From: Alphaproteobacteria bacterium
Lineage (GTDB): Bacteria; Pseudomonadota; Alphaproteobacteria; MPNO01; UBA830
DNA: 64,000 nucleotides
Direction of reading: 5' to 3'
NCBI GenBank assembly: GCA_965243135.1
Contig: OZ251539.1
Location: 288,001 to 352,000 of the forward strand
In this document: in pieces, positions 22,838 through 34,162 of the stretch
Layout: each line of letters begins with the position of its first letter
Numbering within the stretch: the stretch's first letter is position 1
The notes under the pieces: generated by a model
The model's input: the letters and a program-made list of their open reading frames with translations, nothing else
Database searches by the model: none
What the model was told of the DNA's origin: nothing
Position numbers and translations under genes: made by a program

Positions 22838-23691
22838 GGGAAGCGTGTTGGCGGCGCGAACTGAAACCGCGCTACAGGCGGGCTTCCGGGGAACGCACGC
22901 CCGGTTCCGGGCCGGCGGCCGGTCGACGGTCGGCACGGACGGACCTGCAGGCTTTGCCGTTGCGGTGGCGGAAAGCCTCGCTCCGGAGCTCGTGGAACGA
23001 ACGCTCGGCGCGACTATTGGTTCGGGCGCGAAGGCGTTTGCCGCTCAGTTCTTCGGGGTCGGTCCCGCCGCGGTCTGTCCCTTCCTCGCCGATCTCGTCG
23101 AGGCCAGGGTCTCGCCGCTGGATGCGGCGGCCGGCGTCTTGGAACGCTGACGGTGCCGGTGGCGGCGCACGAGCAAATCGTTCTCGCGCCGACGGAACGC
23201 GTCGAGTCGGGCGACATGGCGAGCGAGGGTCGGACCAAGGGCGCGGACGGCGACCGTGAAGCAGGCGCCGCCTGACGACGGCCGGCTCGCTTTCATGCCG
23301 CTGGTCGCGGTCCGCGGGGCAGGGAAGGGCGCGCGAGACGGCAGGCGGTCCGGCACATGGCGAACGACAAGCCGGAATTTCGTTTTGGACAGCGCTTGGC
23401 TATAGCCGCTTCACGGGCGGCCGTGCCGCCCGTAACGGCAAGGCTCCGAAGCCGCGACTTCTTTCCGGGCGGTCGCGGGACGCGGGCTTTTCGCCGCGAT
23501 GCGCCATGGTGGCGCGGCGACCGTCGCCGACGGTTGCGAAAAAATCCCGCGCGCGAGCGTTGACCCCGTATCGTAGAGGTATTGTAATCGCGGAGAACGC
23601 TGGCCTTCCGGCCGGACAGGCGCGTCGAGCGGATACCGTTCGCTCGGGCGAAGCTGCCGGCCCGGAAACTGGACGAAAGGGGACGACAGCC

Positions 23692-25455
23692 ATGAAGATG
23701 ACCACCGAAGAGGCTTTCGTGAAGGTTCTGCAGAAGCACGGCATCGAGCATTGCTTCGGCATCATCGGATCGGCTTTCATGCCGATTTCCGACCTCTTTC
23801 CGAAAGCCGGCATTACCTTCTGGGACGCGGCGCACGAGGGCAACGCCGGTTTCATGTGCGACGGGTACACTCGCGCCACCGGCAAGATCGCCATGTGCAT
23901 AGGGCAGAACGGACCAGGCATCACGAATCTCGTGACGCCGGTGAAAACCGCCTACTGGAACCATACGCCCTTGCTTCTGGTCACGCCTCAGGCCGCCAAC
24001 AGGACGATCGGCCAGGGCGGTTTCCAGGAAGTCGAGCAGATGGCGCTGTTCAGGGACATGGTTTGCTATCAGGAAGAGGTTCGCGATCCGGTGCGCATCG
24101 CCGAGGTCCTGAACCGGGTGATCGAGAACGCCCTGCGCCGCTCGGCTCCCGCGCAGGTCAACGTGCCGCGGGACATCTGGACACAGGCGATCGACATCGA
24201 ACTTCCCCGGTCGGTCGTGCTGGAACGCCAGGCCGGCGGCGAAGAGGCCGTCGCCGAGGCGGCCCGCCTGCTCTCGGACGCCAGTTTCCCCGTCATCCTG
24301 TCGGGCGCCGGCGTGGTGATCGGCGAGGCCATCCCCGATTGCCGGGCGCTTGCGGAGCGGCTCGACGCGCCGGTCTGTTCAGGCTACCAGCATAACGACA
24401 GCTTTCCCGGATCCCATCCGCTGGCCGCCGGACCGCTCGGTTACAACGGTTCCAAGGCGGCGATGGAGCTGATCTCCAAGGCGGACGTGGTCCTGGCGCT
24501 GGGCACGCGGCTCAACCCGTTCTCGACGTTGCCGGGTTACGGGATCGACTACTGGCCGAAGGACGCCACGATCGTCCAGGTCGACATGAATCCGGATCGC
24601 ATCGGCCTCACCAAGAAGGTCGCGGTCGGGATTTGCGGCGACGCCGGCAAGGTGGCGCGCCAGATTCTTGCCCGGCTTGCGCCGTCCGCCGGCGACCGCG
24701 GCCGCGAGGAGCGCAAGGCGGCGATCCATCAGACCCGGTCGGCCTGGCTGCAGGCGCTCGCCGGCATGGACCACGAGGAAGACGATCCGGGAACGACGTG
24801 GAACGCGGACGTGCGCGCCCGCGAGCCCGACCGCATGTCCGCGCGCATGGCGTGGCGGGCGATCCAGACGGGCCTGCCGAAAGACGCGATCATTTCGTCC
24901 GACATCGGCAACAACTGCGCGATCGGCAACGCCTACCCCACTTTCGAAGAGGGCCGGAAGTATCTGGCTCCCGGATTGTTCGGTCCCTGCGGCTACGGCT
25001 TTCCGTCGATTCTGGGAGCCAAGATCGGCTGTCCGGACGTGCCGGTGGTGGGGTTCGCAGGCGACGGCGCCTTCGGCATTTCCATGAGCGAAATGACCGC
25101 CTGCGGCCGAGAGGGCTGGCCGGCGATCACCATGACGATCTTTCGGAACTACCAGTGGGGCGCCGAAAAGCGCAATACGACGCTTTGGTACGACAACAAT
25201 TTCGTAGGCACCGAGCTCAACCCGAATCTTTCCTACGCCAAGGTTGCCGAAGGTTGCGGCCTGAAGGGCGTTCAGGCGACGACGATGGAGGAGCTCTCCT
25301 CCGCTCTGCGGGAAAGCTGCGCGGCGCAGGCCGACGGCGTCACCACTTTCATCGAGGTTGTGTTGAACCAGGAGCTGGGAGAACCGTTCCGCCGCGACGC
25401 CATGAAGAAGCCTGTCGCCGTCGCCGGCATCGATCCGGGCGATATGGTACGGTAG
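23692..25455 (+). CDS. xsc: Sulfoacetaldehyde acetyltransferase
   Basis: 'MTTEEAFVKVL', 'FGIIGSA', TPP motif 'GDGAFG', 'NYQWGAEKRN'. Confidence 0.95.
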   Translation: MKMTTEEAFVKVLQKHGIEHCFGIIGSAFMPISDLFPKAGITFWDAAHEGNAGFMCDGYTRATGKIAMCIGQNGPGITNLVTPVKTAYWNHTPLLLVTPQAANRTIGQGGFQEVEQMALFRDMVCYQEEVRDPVRIAEVLNRVIENALRRSAPAQVNVPRDIWTQAIDIELPRSVVLERQAGGEEAVAEAARLLSDASFPVILSGAGVVIGEAIPDCRALAERLDAPVCSGYQHNDSFPGSHPLAAGPLGYNGSKAAMELISKADVVLALGTRLNPFSTLPGYGIDYWPKDATIVQVDMNPDRIGLTKKVAVGICGDAGKVARQILARLAPSAGDRGREERKAAIHQTRSAWLQALAGMDHEEDDPGTTWNADVRAREPDRMSARMAWRAIQTGLPKDAIISSDIGNNCAIGNAYPTFEEGRKYLAPGLFGPCGYGFPSILGAKIGCPDVPVVGFAGDGAFGISMSEMTACGREGWPAITMTIFRNYQWGAEKRNTTLWYDNNFVGTELNPNLSYAKVAEGCGLKGVQATTMEELSSALRESCAAQADGVTTFIEVVLNQELGEPFRRDAMKKPVAVAGIDPGDMVR

Positions 25456-25476
25456 CCGCTGCCGCCGTTGCGTCCG

Positions 25477-25854
25477 CTATGCCCGCCGCAAACCTCGCAG
25501 CCGCACCGCAGGCAGCCGTTTGAGTTTTTGGTTCCGGGGATCGACTTCGATTCCGGCGGATTCGAGGGCCGTGACGCCGAGCAACGGTTCGGCGCCCTCG
25601 TCGCCGAACACGATGACGCCGCCGGAGAGTTCGCCCATGATCTCCAGCTCTCCCAGCGCGACATCCATCTCGACTTCGCGGCCGTCGGCAGTGGCGTAGA
25701 CTCGCCGTCCAGTGGGCTTCAGCCCGATCGCTTCCAGGTTTCGCCGCGGCGCCAGGGAATCGATCGCGCCGGTACCCACCAGGAACGAACCGGTCCAGGA
25801 GCGCGCCCGCTGGGCGGGGTTGCGCACCGTAACGTCGACATGCGTAACGCTCAT
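25477..25854 (-). CDS. Clan AA aspartic protease-like protein (D->G in the DTG motif)
   Basis: 'FLVGTGA', 'PLLGVTALES', 'VDPRNQKL'. Confidence 0.75.
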   Translation of the reverse strand: MSVTHVDVTVRNPAQRARSWTGSFLVGTGAIDSLAPRRNLEAIGLKPTGRRVYATADGREVEMDVALGELEIMGELSGGVIVFGDEGAEPLLGVTALESAGIEVDPRNQKLKRLPAVRLRGLRRA

Positions 25855-26178
25855 CCCTCCTCCAGCCGGACGGCGCGACGGAACCGCAGGGGGAAACGCC
25901 GCTCCAAGCCCGCCGTTCACGCGAGAATATATCAACCCGAAGCTTGCGGACAAGGCCGCGTGGGCGCAAGACGGCAGAAGCCGTTTTCCGGTTCGCCGAA
26001 GGCTTTGGCGGCCTTCTCGCGCTTCGGGGGCAGGCAGGCGATTCCGCTTTCCGGCCCCTGAAGTTCCGGTCTTCCGGTTCGGCTCGTTCGCGACCTGCGT
26101 CTCGTCGGAGAGGAAGTCGCCGAGGTCGAGGCTTTCGCCCGGCGGCGCGCGGGACTTCGAGAGGCGGGCGCCTCCGGC

Positions 26179-27486
26179 TCAAACGGTCAGAAAACCGTTC
26201 AGCGCGGACAGCAAGCCTGCGATCGCCGTCGATACTGCGAACGCGAACGCGATATTGATTCGCGCGACGAGCCGGGTCGGCGGGATCCCGAACATTGCGG
26301 CGCCCGTCGCAATGCTCAGACTGCCGATGGAGATGCTGGTGCACAGCCCCCAACCTGTCAGCAGCGCCTGCATCAGCACCAGCTCCGAGACCCCCGTCGG
26401 TACGCCGGTGAACACGACCAGCAGAACCGTGCCCGTGACCACGGCGTGTACGCCGAGAAGACCGGCGACGTTCATCGTCATGATGACGATGAAGATGATC
26501 GCCGCCGGCGGCAGTTGCTGCCGCGTCAGCCAGTCGAGAATGCCCGTTTCGGGCAGCGACGTCTCGAACACCATGCCGAGCGTCATGGCGAAGGCCAGGA
26601 TCGAAATTTCCGGTCCGAGGCGGTCGAGACCGCGGACGGTCTGCTTCAACGCCTGCCCGGCGGCGCGCGCGCCGACCAGAAGCGCCGCCAGCAGGCAGGG
26701 AACCGGCAACGCCACCACGAGCGCCTGCAGCGTCGACAACCCTGTCGAAGCCGTAGTCGCGACGACGATCAGGGCGGCCGCCGCGATCGGCGGCGCGACC
26801 GGCGCAAGCGACCGGAGAGCGGATCCGAGCGCCGCCAGACTGCGGGTTCGGTCGAAGGCCAGATAGGACATCGCGATGCTTGCCGCAGCGAGCGACAGGC
26901 CGAGCGACATGATCTGCCACAGCGGAACCGCCGGCAGGTACTGGCTCGCCAACGCCATGCCGACGACGAAGGGCGACCACAGGGGCACCAGCGCCATGCC
27001 TCGCATCGCCACCAGAAAGACCTCTCGGCGCTCCTGCACCGAGGCGTCTCGTCCGAGGATCGGAGCCAGGATCGCGAACACGCCCACCTGCAGGATGGAA
27101 CCGAGCAGATGGGCGCCGATCACGACCCCGCTGTCGCGCCGCGCCGGATCCAGCGCCGCGAACATGCGTCGCGCGGCGGCGATCTCCGGCCGCTGATCGG
27201 CGACCGCGCGCAACAAAACGATCGTCGACAGGAATGCCGGAAAGATCGCGGCGCGGGCGATGCCGTCCGGGACGGCGTCCCAACGGCCGTAAGCCGCCGC
27301 CAGTCCGGCGGTGGCGGCGGCGAGCGCGCCGCACAGCGCCTGCGTGTGCCGTCCTGTCCGCGGCAGCGCGAGCGCGACGAAACCGACCAGCAGGATCGCC
27401 ATGGCCGGCGCGAGGACCTGTACCGGATACAGGATGTCGAAGACGGCGAGCGCCCACAACGCGCCCGCCAATGCGATGCGAAGCAC
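26179..27486 (-). CDS. Multi-pass membrane protein / putative transporter
   Basis: Many hydrophobic helices; 'MRG..L.PLWSPF'. Confidence 0.75.
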   Translation of the reverse strand: MLRIALAGALWALAVFDILYPVQVLAPAMAILLVGFVALALPRTGRHTQALCGALAAATAGLAAAYGRWDAVPDGIARAAIFPAFLSTIVLLRAVADQRPEIAAARRMFAALDPARRDSGVVIGAHLLGSILQVGVFAILAPILGRDASVQERREVFLVAMRGMALVPLWSPFVVGMALASQYLPAVPLWQIMSLGLSLAAASIAMSYLAFDRTRSLAALGSALRSLAPVAPPIAAAALIVVATTASTGLSTLQALVVALPVPCLLAALLVGARAAGQALKQTVRGLDRLGPEISILAFAMTLGMVFETSLPETGILDWLTRQQLPPAAIIFIVIMTMNVAGLLGVHAVVTGTVLLVVFTGVPTGVSELVLMQALLTGWGLCTSISIGSLSIATGAAMFGIPPTRLVARINIAFAFAVSTAIAGLLSALNGFLTV

Positions 27487-27492
27487 GCCGGC

Positions 27493-28932
27493 CTATCGTT
27501 CCCGCCCCGGAAACCGGATCCCCGTGAACTTGACGTAGGACAGCTCTTCCATCGCGTATTTGACGCCCTCGCGCCCGTAGCCGCTGTCGCCGACGCCGCC
27601 GAACGGCGTCGTGTCCATGCGGAACCTGCTGCCCTCGTTGATCCAGAGCGACCCCGCATGCAGTTCCTCCGAAACCCGGAAGGCGGTCTCGAGACTCGAC
27701 GTGAAGCAGGAGGATTGCAGGCCGAAGACGGATTCGTTGGCGACGGCGATGGCGTCGTCGAGGTCCTCCGCAGGCATCACGACCGCGACCGGCCCGAAAA
27801 TTTCCTCGGTCACGACCCGCGCCTCGCGCGGCGGCGCCACGAGGATCGTCGGGTGAACGATCGCGCCGTCGCGCTTCAGGGGAAGCGCGGCCGCGGCTCC
27901 CGCCGCCATCGCCTCCTGCGCCATCCGCTCCACGCGGTCGGCGTTTTCGGCGTTGACCATCGGCCCCACGTCGGTGTCGGGCAGCGTCGGATCGCCGACC
28001 TTGAGCGCTTTGGCGGCCGCGACGAAAAAGTCGAGAAACTCGTCGAGAACCGCTTTCTCGACGACGATGCGCTGCGCCGATATGCACTGCTGGCCGCTCG
28101 CCTCGAAGGCCGACGACGCGATGCGTCGGGCGGCGTCCGCGAGATCGGCGTCGGCGCACACGATGTTGGCGGAATTTCCGCCGAGCTCGCCCACGAAGGG
28201 CTTTGCGCCGGCTGCCTTGGCGAGCGCGTTGCCGGCCGCGGTTCCTCCGGTCAGCGTCACCAGCGCGACGTCGGGGTGGGCGACGAGATGGCCGGTGACG
28301 TCCCGCCTGCAAGCCACCACGTTGACGAGACCGTCGGGTACGCCCGCGCGGGTGAAGCATTCGGCGATCAGCAACGCTTCGCCGACGCCCTCGAAGGCGG
28401 GCTTGATCACGACCGCGTTGCCCATGGCGATCGCCGGAGCCAGTTTCTGCATCAGCAGGTTCGACGGCGCGTTGAACGGCGTGAACGCGGCGACCACGCC
28501 GTGAGGATGGCGGCGCGTGAAGCCGAACCGCCCCGCGCCCATCGGCAGCGCGTCGAGCGGCAGGACTTCCCCCTCCATTCGCAGCAGTTCCTCGGCGCAG
28601 AGCCGCGGAAACGCGACCGAGCGGGCGACCTCCACGCCGCAGGCGCGGCGCGGCTTTCCGAGGGCGCGCATCGTGATGTCGGCGAGGTTGTTTTTTTCCT
28701 TCTCGATTTCCGCCGCCGCGGCTCGAAGCCAGGCGGCTCGCTGCGCGGGCGTGGCGCGAAGATTGGACGCGAAGGCTCTGCGCGCGCTGCCGATCGCGGC
28801 GTCGATGGTGACGGCGTCGGCCATGGCGATGCGCGCGACGAGCTTTCCGTCCCATGGCGAGCGCAGCTCTTCGATCCGGGCGTCCGGCGTTTCGTACGCC
28901 GCGCCGTCGATCCAGGGATAGGCGGTGGTCAT
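27493..28932 (-). CDS. Aldehyde dehydrogenase family protein
   Basis: 'TPFNAP', 'ELGGNS', 'GQQCIS', 'EEIFGPV'. Confidence 0.93.
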   Translation of the reverse strand: MTTAYPWIDGAAYETPDARIEELRSPWDGKLVARIAMADAVTIDAAIGSARRAFASNLRATPAQRAAWLRAAAAEIEKEKNNLADITMRALGKPRRACGVEVARSVAFPRLCAEELLRMEGEVLPLDALPMGAGRFGFTRRHPHGVVAAFTPFNAPSNLLMQKLAPAIAMGNAVVIKPAFEGVGEALLIAECFTRAGVPDGLVNVVACRRDVTGHLVAHPDVALVTLTGGTAAGNALAKAAGAKPFVGELGGNSANIVCADADLADAARRIASSAFEASGQQCISAQRIVVEKAVLDEFLDFFVAAAKALKVGDPTLPDTDVGPMVNAENADRVERMAQEAMAAGAAAALPLKRDGAIVHPTILVAPPREARVVTEEIFGPVAVVMPAEDLDDAIAVANESVFGLQSSCFTSSLETAFRVSEELHAGSLWINEGSRFRMDTTPFGGVGDSGYGREGVKYAMEELSYVKFTGIRFPGRER

Positions 28933-28950
28933 GCGAATTTCCTTCGCTTC

Positions 28951-29026
28951 GGGGGCGTCATGGTAGCCCATCCCGAACCTTCCGAACATGCGTTCGGCGG
29001 ATTCGGGAAGGGTCGGTGGCCCCGAT
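28951..29026 (+). repeat. ~72-bp palindromic direct repeat, left copy
   Basis: Near-identical to 57203-57273; hairpin ccgaac-atgc-gttcgg. Confidence 0.88.
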
Positions 29027-29943
29027 GGGCGCAGGTCTGAAATTGCAAAACCGAAAGATCTGAAACGCTTTCAACGATTATCCGGGTTCGGGCTGCGGCG
29101 CTTCGAGACCGAGATCAACGATTTCGTGACGGATCGTCGTTCCGGGCGCCGATTTCGGCACGGGCCGGAGGGCAAAAAGGAATGCTCCAGACCGCAAGAC
29201 GCGGCAGAATGTTGGTTCCAACCACAACATCATTCCCATGTCGGCATCGCAGCTTTCGACCGGCTTGTCCCTTTCGGTTCTCTCTCGAGATACCGCCGAG
29301 GCGCTGCAGACGTTCGCGACCTTCCTCGGGAAAGGGGGGCGGACAGCCGCACTCCGTTGAGCGGGTCTGGCGCATGCCTCGCGTACCTGCCTGACTGATG
29401 ATCGCAGTCTCGGCGCGGTCTGGAGATGGACCTCAGGTTGGTATTGTGCAGGGAGTTTTCGCCCGAGGGTCGGCGAGGTCTCTTGGTCTGCGGCGCGGTT
29501 TCGTCGGCAACTGCCGCCAAGGTTGTCGGGGAACGCAACGGTTCGCGCCTTCCACCGTTGCCCGCTGGCCAACGGCTACAGACGCTCGGCCGCAAGACCG
29601 GCGCCGGCACGTTCAAGTATTTGGCAGCTCCCGGTCTGCGTCCCAAAGAACGACGACTACCGCGAGAGCAGAGAGCGACGCCGGACTGCGGCAAAGCGCG
29701 GGCGTCTCCCGCGCAGCGGGTGCGGCTTTCGTGACCATTGACGCGCTCATCGGCTTCATCCAAGGTTGCACTCACAGACATTGACGCGTCCTTCCGAGTT
29801 GGGCTGCCCGTTGCAGCCCGAGACTTGGCGCGAGACCGCTGTCCACGCTTGGGCGAAGAGGTGGAGACCGTCCCTCCACCCGCGCGATGTCCGCGATGGC
29901 ACGGCATCTGTCGGTGCCTGGATAACCGGTACGGAGAAAAACC

Positions 29944-30597
29944 ATGAAGATCGCGCACCGCTTCGCCCCTGCCGTCGGGGCGCTCGCCCTCCTTTCGCTT
30001 GCTGCGTGCGAAGGCCGGATCCAGGCGCGTCTGGACAACAGCATCGGTCTCACGACATACGAAAACCTGGGCTTGATCGAGCAGAAGCCGATCGGCGTCG
30101 GGCTTGTCGTTGACGAAGACGTCAGAAACGCCTCCGTCAACGTCAAGACGCACAACATCAACTTCACCATGACGGTGGGCGAAGCGCTGGTCGCGCGGCT
30201 GATGCACGCACTTGTCCTGCAGTTCGAGCGGGTTCAACTGCTGGACCGTCCCTCGCTCCCTGCGGGCGGAACCTTGGACGCCCTCATGGTCGTCACGCTC
30301 AAGGACCTCGACGCTACGGTGGGCATCTCCCCAAAATGGAACACCGTCGCGACCGAGAGCTCCGGCTGGATTGAAGTGGAAGCCATCCTCAAGGACGGCG
30401 ACAGCCAAATCCTGTGGGTCGGGACCAGCCGTTCGGAAGCGGAAGCGTCGCAACAGTCGATCGGGGTCGCCGGCGGCCAGGATGCGGGCATGGCGATGAA
30501 CCGGGCGATAGAAGCGACGGTCGCCAAGCTGGTCAATCAGATGTCCGCCTCTTCGTCTCTTCGCGAATACATCGTCGGCCGGTCCCAGGGATCATGA
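29944..30597 (+). CDS. Putative lipoprotein
   Basis: Lipobox 'LAAC'; RBS ggag. Confidence 0.75.
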   Translation: MKIAHRFAPAVGALALLSLAACEGRIQARLDNSIGLTTYENLGLIEQKPIGVGLVVDEDVRNASVNVKTHNINFTMTVGEALVARLMHALVLQFERVQLLDRPSLPAGGTLDALMVVTLKDLDATVGISPKWNTVATESSGWIEVEAILKDGDSQILWVGTSRSEAEASQQSIGVAGGQDAGMAMNRAIEATVAKLVNQMSASSSLREYIVGRSQGS

Positions 30598-31325
30598 CCG
30601 TCCGCAGGCGCTTCCATGTCGTACTCGCCGCCGTTTTCGCGATAGCGTTCGTCGCAGCCTGCGCGCCGCGTTTTCAGTCCAACATAACGCCGATCAAAAG
30701 CCCGACGAGCTATCGGACATCGCATCAGGAAGGCGGGTTGCAGATCGGATTTCACTTTCTCTCTCCCGAGGAGCAGGTCGAGCATTTCGGGGTCGACATG
30801 ACCAAAGCCGACGTCACTCCCGTTCGGATCGTGGTCCGCAACGACGACGCCGACGAATTCTACATCCAGGCCGAGCAGATTTTCGGCAAGACGGCCGACG
30901 GCGATCTCTATCCCGCCTATCGTCTCGATCAATCGATCGAACGCATTCGCAGATCCGAGATCGGGGAAGCGATGGCGCGAGGCGCGATGGCCGGCATTTT
31001 GATCGGCGCCGCCGTCGGAGCTGCGGCCGGGGCCGCCATTGGGCAGGCGACGGCCAGCGATGCCGGCGGCGGCGCCGCGATGGGGGCGGCGACTGCGGGA
31101 ACCGTCGGCGGTCTTTCCGGCGCGAGCGCGAGTGCGGATGCGACGGCGCATGCGATCAAGAAAGAGTTGCGCAAGGTCGATTGGGGAAACCGTGTCGTAT
31201 ATCCCGGTCGCATCGAGCATGGGTTCATGTTCATGAAACCGAACATTTCATACCGGGCGCTCGAAGTTCTGATTTACAACGTCAACGAACGGGCGAACTC
31301 GCGGGTTGCCATACCGGTGAAGTGA
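30594..31325 (+). CDS. Putative lipoprotein with glycine zipper
   Basis: 'VAAC' lipobox; GxxxG-rich 'GAAVGAAAGAAIG'; ATGA coupling. Confidence 0.75.
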   Translation: MTVRRRFHVVLAAVFAIAFVAACAPRFQSNITPIKSPTSYRTSHQEGGLQIGFHFLSPEEQVEHFGVDMTKADVTPVRIVVRNDDADEFYIQAEQIFGKTADGDLYPAYRLDQSIERIRRSEIGEAMARGAMAGILIGAAVGAAAGAAIGQATASDAGGGAAMGAATAGTVGGLSGASASADATAHAIKKELRKVDWGNRVVYPGRIEHGFMFMKPNISYRALEVLIYNVNERANSRVAIPVK

Positions 31326-31625
31326 TTCCGCCCGAACGACGGACGGGTGCGGGCGGTTCGCGGAGACGCCTGCCACGAACCAAACCGACCTGTTCTTCGG
31401 TCTGTCGCGCCGCTGAATCTTCAACCCCGCTACAACGTGGCGCAGAGCGGCGCGGCCGAGGCGCGCGCATCTGCGGAAGCGGCAACGCCCTGGCGGGCGG
31501 AACGCCGGAAAGGAAGGAACCAAACGTCGGACCGCTTGCGACGAGAAAAACTCTGAACGTGCGAACGGCGCACAGCGGGCGCCGGGCCGAAGCTACGGCA
31601 TTTCGGAGTAGAAGCGGCGGCGGAC

Positions 31626-32190
31626 ATGAAGCTCGAAGGCGACGCTGAAGGCGCAGCTCGCCGCCGAGGTCGCCCACGTCCGGAAAGTGCCGCCCGACCT
31701 GCCGCTGGTCGCCGTCGCCGCGCCCGACAACTGGACGTTTCTCGAGGGGCTTCAGCCCGACGAACGGGCGGTCGACTTCTTTCATGCCGCCTCAGCGAGG
31801 TCGCCGACCACGCGGTCGCAACCGGCTGGTACGACAGGTACCGCGCCGTCCTGCGCGACGACGAAAAGGGCGTCGACAAGGTCGTCCGGGCAATTTCCGC
31901 GACAAGGCGACCGGCGCTCAAGATTCTCGACCGCGAGCTTGCATTCTTCCGTAAGAACAGGAGCGCGCTACGCGAGCCTCAAGGCCATGGGTTACCCGGT
32001 CGGGTCGGGCGTCGTGGAAGCCGCCAACAAGGTGCTGGTCAACCAGCGCATGAAACGGGCGGGCCAGCGCTGGAGCATGCGGTCAGAACGTCCTTACCTT
32101 CAGGGCGATGTCGGATCGCTTCGAGGCGGCGGGCGATGACCGGAACGCATGCCGTAAACGAAAACCGGGCCCCGAATGCCGTCTCAGCCT
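31626..32190 (+). pseudogene. ISKra4-family transposase remnant
   Basis: 'DFFHA', 'GYPVGSGVVEAANK..VNQRMKRAGQRWS' across frameshifts. Confidence 0.8.
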
Positions 32191-32475
32191 GACGGCGGGA
32201 TTCCTTTTTCCGGAACGAAACAGGATTTTACAAAAATAGATTTGCATCCCTCTCGACTCTCGACTCGCGTGGCTTGATCCCGTCAGGGCGATCTGTACAC
32301 TGTTTACAGTCAATGTCGCCACTTCTTGGATCGCTCCATGTTCCTTCGTAAAAATCTCAAGACGTCCGCGTGTCCCGACATTCGCAATATCGCCATACCG
32401 TGGAGGAACTGTCGTTTGCGGATTTTTCCGCTCTTGTGGGCTACGGGCTAGACTTGCAACACCGGAATTTTAACC

Positions 32476-34146
32476 ATGACTTCTGACGCCGAAAAGATCC
32501 GAAAAAGCTCTCAAGATATGTTGGAGCGGGAACGGAACTACAAGGAAGCGCTGCGACTTGCACTCGACTGGCAACGCGACAGGGACAATCACAAGTTGGC
32601 GCTCCCGACGAAAATGGGCAACAGCAAATCGTATCTGACTTCGGTATCGCTCAGCTGGATCGCGGCGAACGTTTACCTTTCTCGCGACATCCCGATCTTC
32701 AAGAAACATATCCGCCAAGACGCCAACGTAATCGATATCAACTCCACGACTGCGACCTATCTCCAGCAAAGAGCGCCGGATTTCAGCCGACAATTGCCCA
32801 TGACGATGTACCTCGCAACGCGGGAGCATCACAAGTTTCCTCCGCTGTTGCTGGTTGCATACCAGAATTGGGTTTACGAACCCATGCACGACAATTGGGG
32901 CCCTCGCGGGCGGGCTTTGACAGGTTCGCTGCATGTCGAACGCCTCGATACGACATCATACGTTGTCGACCTCGACGTGACCGGAACGAGCTATTTTGCG
33001 CTCGATGGACAACACCGCCTCATGGCCATCAAGGGGCTGAAGGAACTGCTAGATAATGGACGGCTCAGCGCCAGGAAGAAGGACGGATCGATCATCGTCG
33101 GGGGGGACGTGACGCGAGATGAACTCGAAGGGTATTACGAGAAAATGGGGTTGAATCCGGATCGGTTTCAGACCGCAATGGACGAGGTCATAGGGGTGGA
33201 GATCATTCCTGCGGTACAAGACAAGGAGACCTTTAAGCAGGCCGTTTCCCGACTTCGCAACATTTTCGTCGATGTCAACGAAAACGCAAAGCGTGTGGAA
33301 AAGGGCGAACTGGCCCTTTTGGAAGAGAATGACGGATTCAGAATTGTCGCGCGCACCGTGATGACAAATCATCGGTTGTTCCAGGGCAGTGACGGATTGA
33401 ACGTGGAAACCAAGGCCGCTCAAATTTCGGCATCCTCATCAAGTTACACAACTCTTAACGCTCTGGTGTCGATCACTCGGGAGTACTTGGGTACAAAGCC
33501 GGAATTTAAGGGATGGAAGGATACCGTGCTTGGATTGAAAGACGGCCGCGGAGTGGGCTTGCTGCGTCCGGGCGACGACGAGATCGAAAAGGGACTTGTC
33601 GCGCTGACCGAGTATTTCGACGAACTGGCGGAACTGCCATCTCACAGATCTATGCTTGAATGCTTCCGGGCGAATCGCCTTATTGGCGAGGGAGCCGGAA
33701 AACCGGGAAAAAGCCCTTCCGAACTTCGCGGCGGAAGGGCAGACAACATCCTGTTTCGACCGATCGCGCAGGTGGCGCTGGCTCGGGCGGTCGCCGAATT
33801 GCAGCGGCAGGAAGGCCTCGGTCTGAAGGAATTGATAAAGTGCCTTTCCGTTCACGAAAATCTTGACGACCTTGTTCTTCGAAGCAAGACGGCTCCCTGG
33901 TTCGGGATTCTGTGCGATCCCATACATGGCAAGGTCAGACGGCAGAAGAGATACGAAGATCTCTGCGTCGAGATGATGATCTATCTGATGGGCGGAGGAT
34001 TCGGGAAAGATCGTGAGCGTCGGGAGAAACTTCGCGACGATTTTTTCGAGGCTCGCATGGGGGCAACCGAAGGCGACGAGGCGATGGCTCACGATCTGTC
34101 CGGCAGTCTGAAGACGAAGGAGGCGTTCAGGCTTCCCGATCCTTGA
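32476..34146 (+). CDS. DGQHR domain protein (DndB/ParB-like superfamily)
   Basis: 'FPPLL', 'FALDGQHRL', 'IFVDVNENAK'. Confidence 0.9.
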   Translation: MTSDAEKIRKSSQDMLERERNYKEALRLALDWQRDRDNHKLALPTKMGNSKSYLTSVSLSWIAANVYLSRDIPIFKKHIRQDANVIDINSTTATYLQQRAPDFSRQLPMTMYLATREHHKFPPLLLVAYQNWVYEPMHDNWGPRGRALTGSLHVERLDTTSYVVDLDVTGTSYFALDGQHRLMAIKGLKELLDNGRLSARKKDGSIIVGGDVTRDELEGYYEKMGLNPDRFQTAMDEVIGVEIIPAVQDKETFKQAVSRLRNIFVDVNENAKRVEKGELALLEENDGFRIVARTVMTNHRLFQGSDGLNVETKAAQISASSSSYTTLNALVSITREYLGTKPEFKGWKDTVLGLKDGRGVGLLRPGDDEIEKGLVALTEYFDELAELPSHRSMLECFRANRLIGEGAGKPGKSPSELRGGRADNILFRPIAQVALARAVAELQRQEGLGLKELIKCLSVHENLDDLVLRSKTAPWFGILCDPIHGKVRRQKRYEDLCVEMMIYLMGGGFGKDRERREKLRDDFFEARMGATEGDEAMAHDLSGSLKTKEAFRLPDP

Positions 34147-34162
34147 AGCGCTTCGGAATAGC

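Noticed and set aside
25349-29040. 1168-aa and 864-aa Arg-rich ORFs
   Set aside because: Shadow frames of the ALDH and membrane-protein genes
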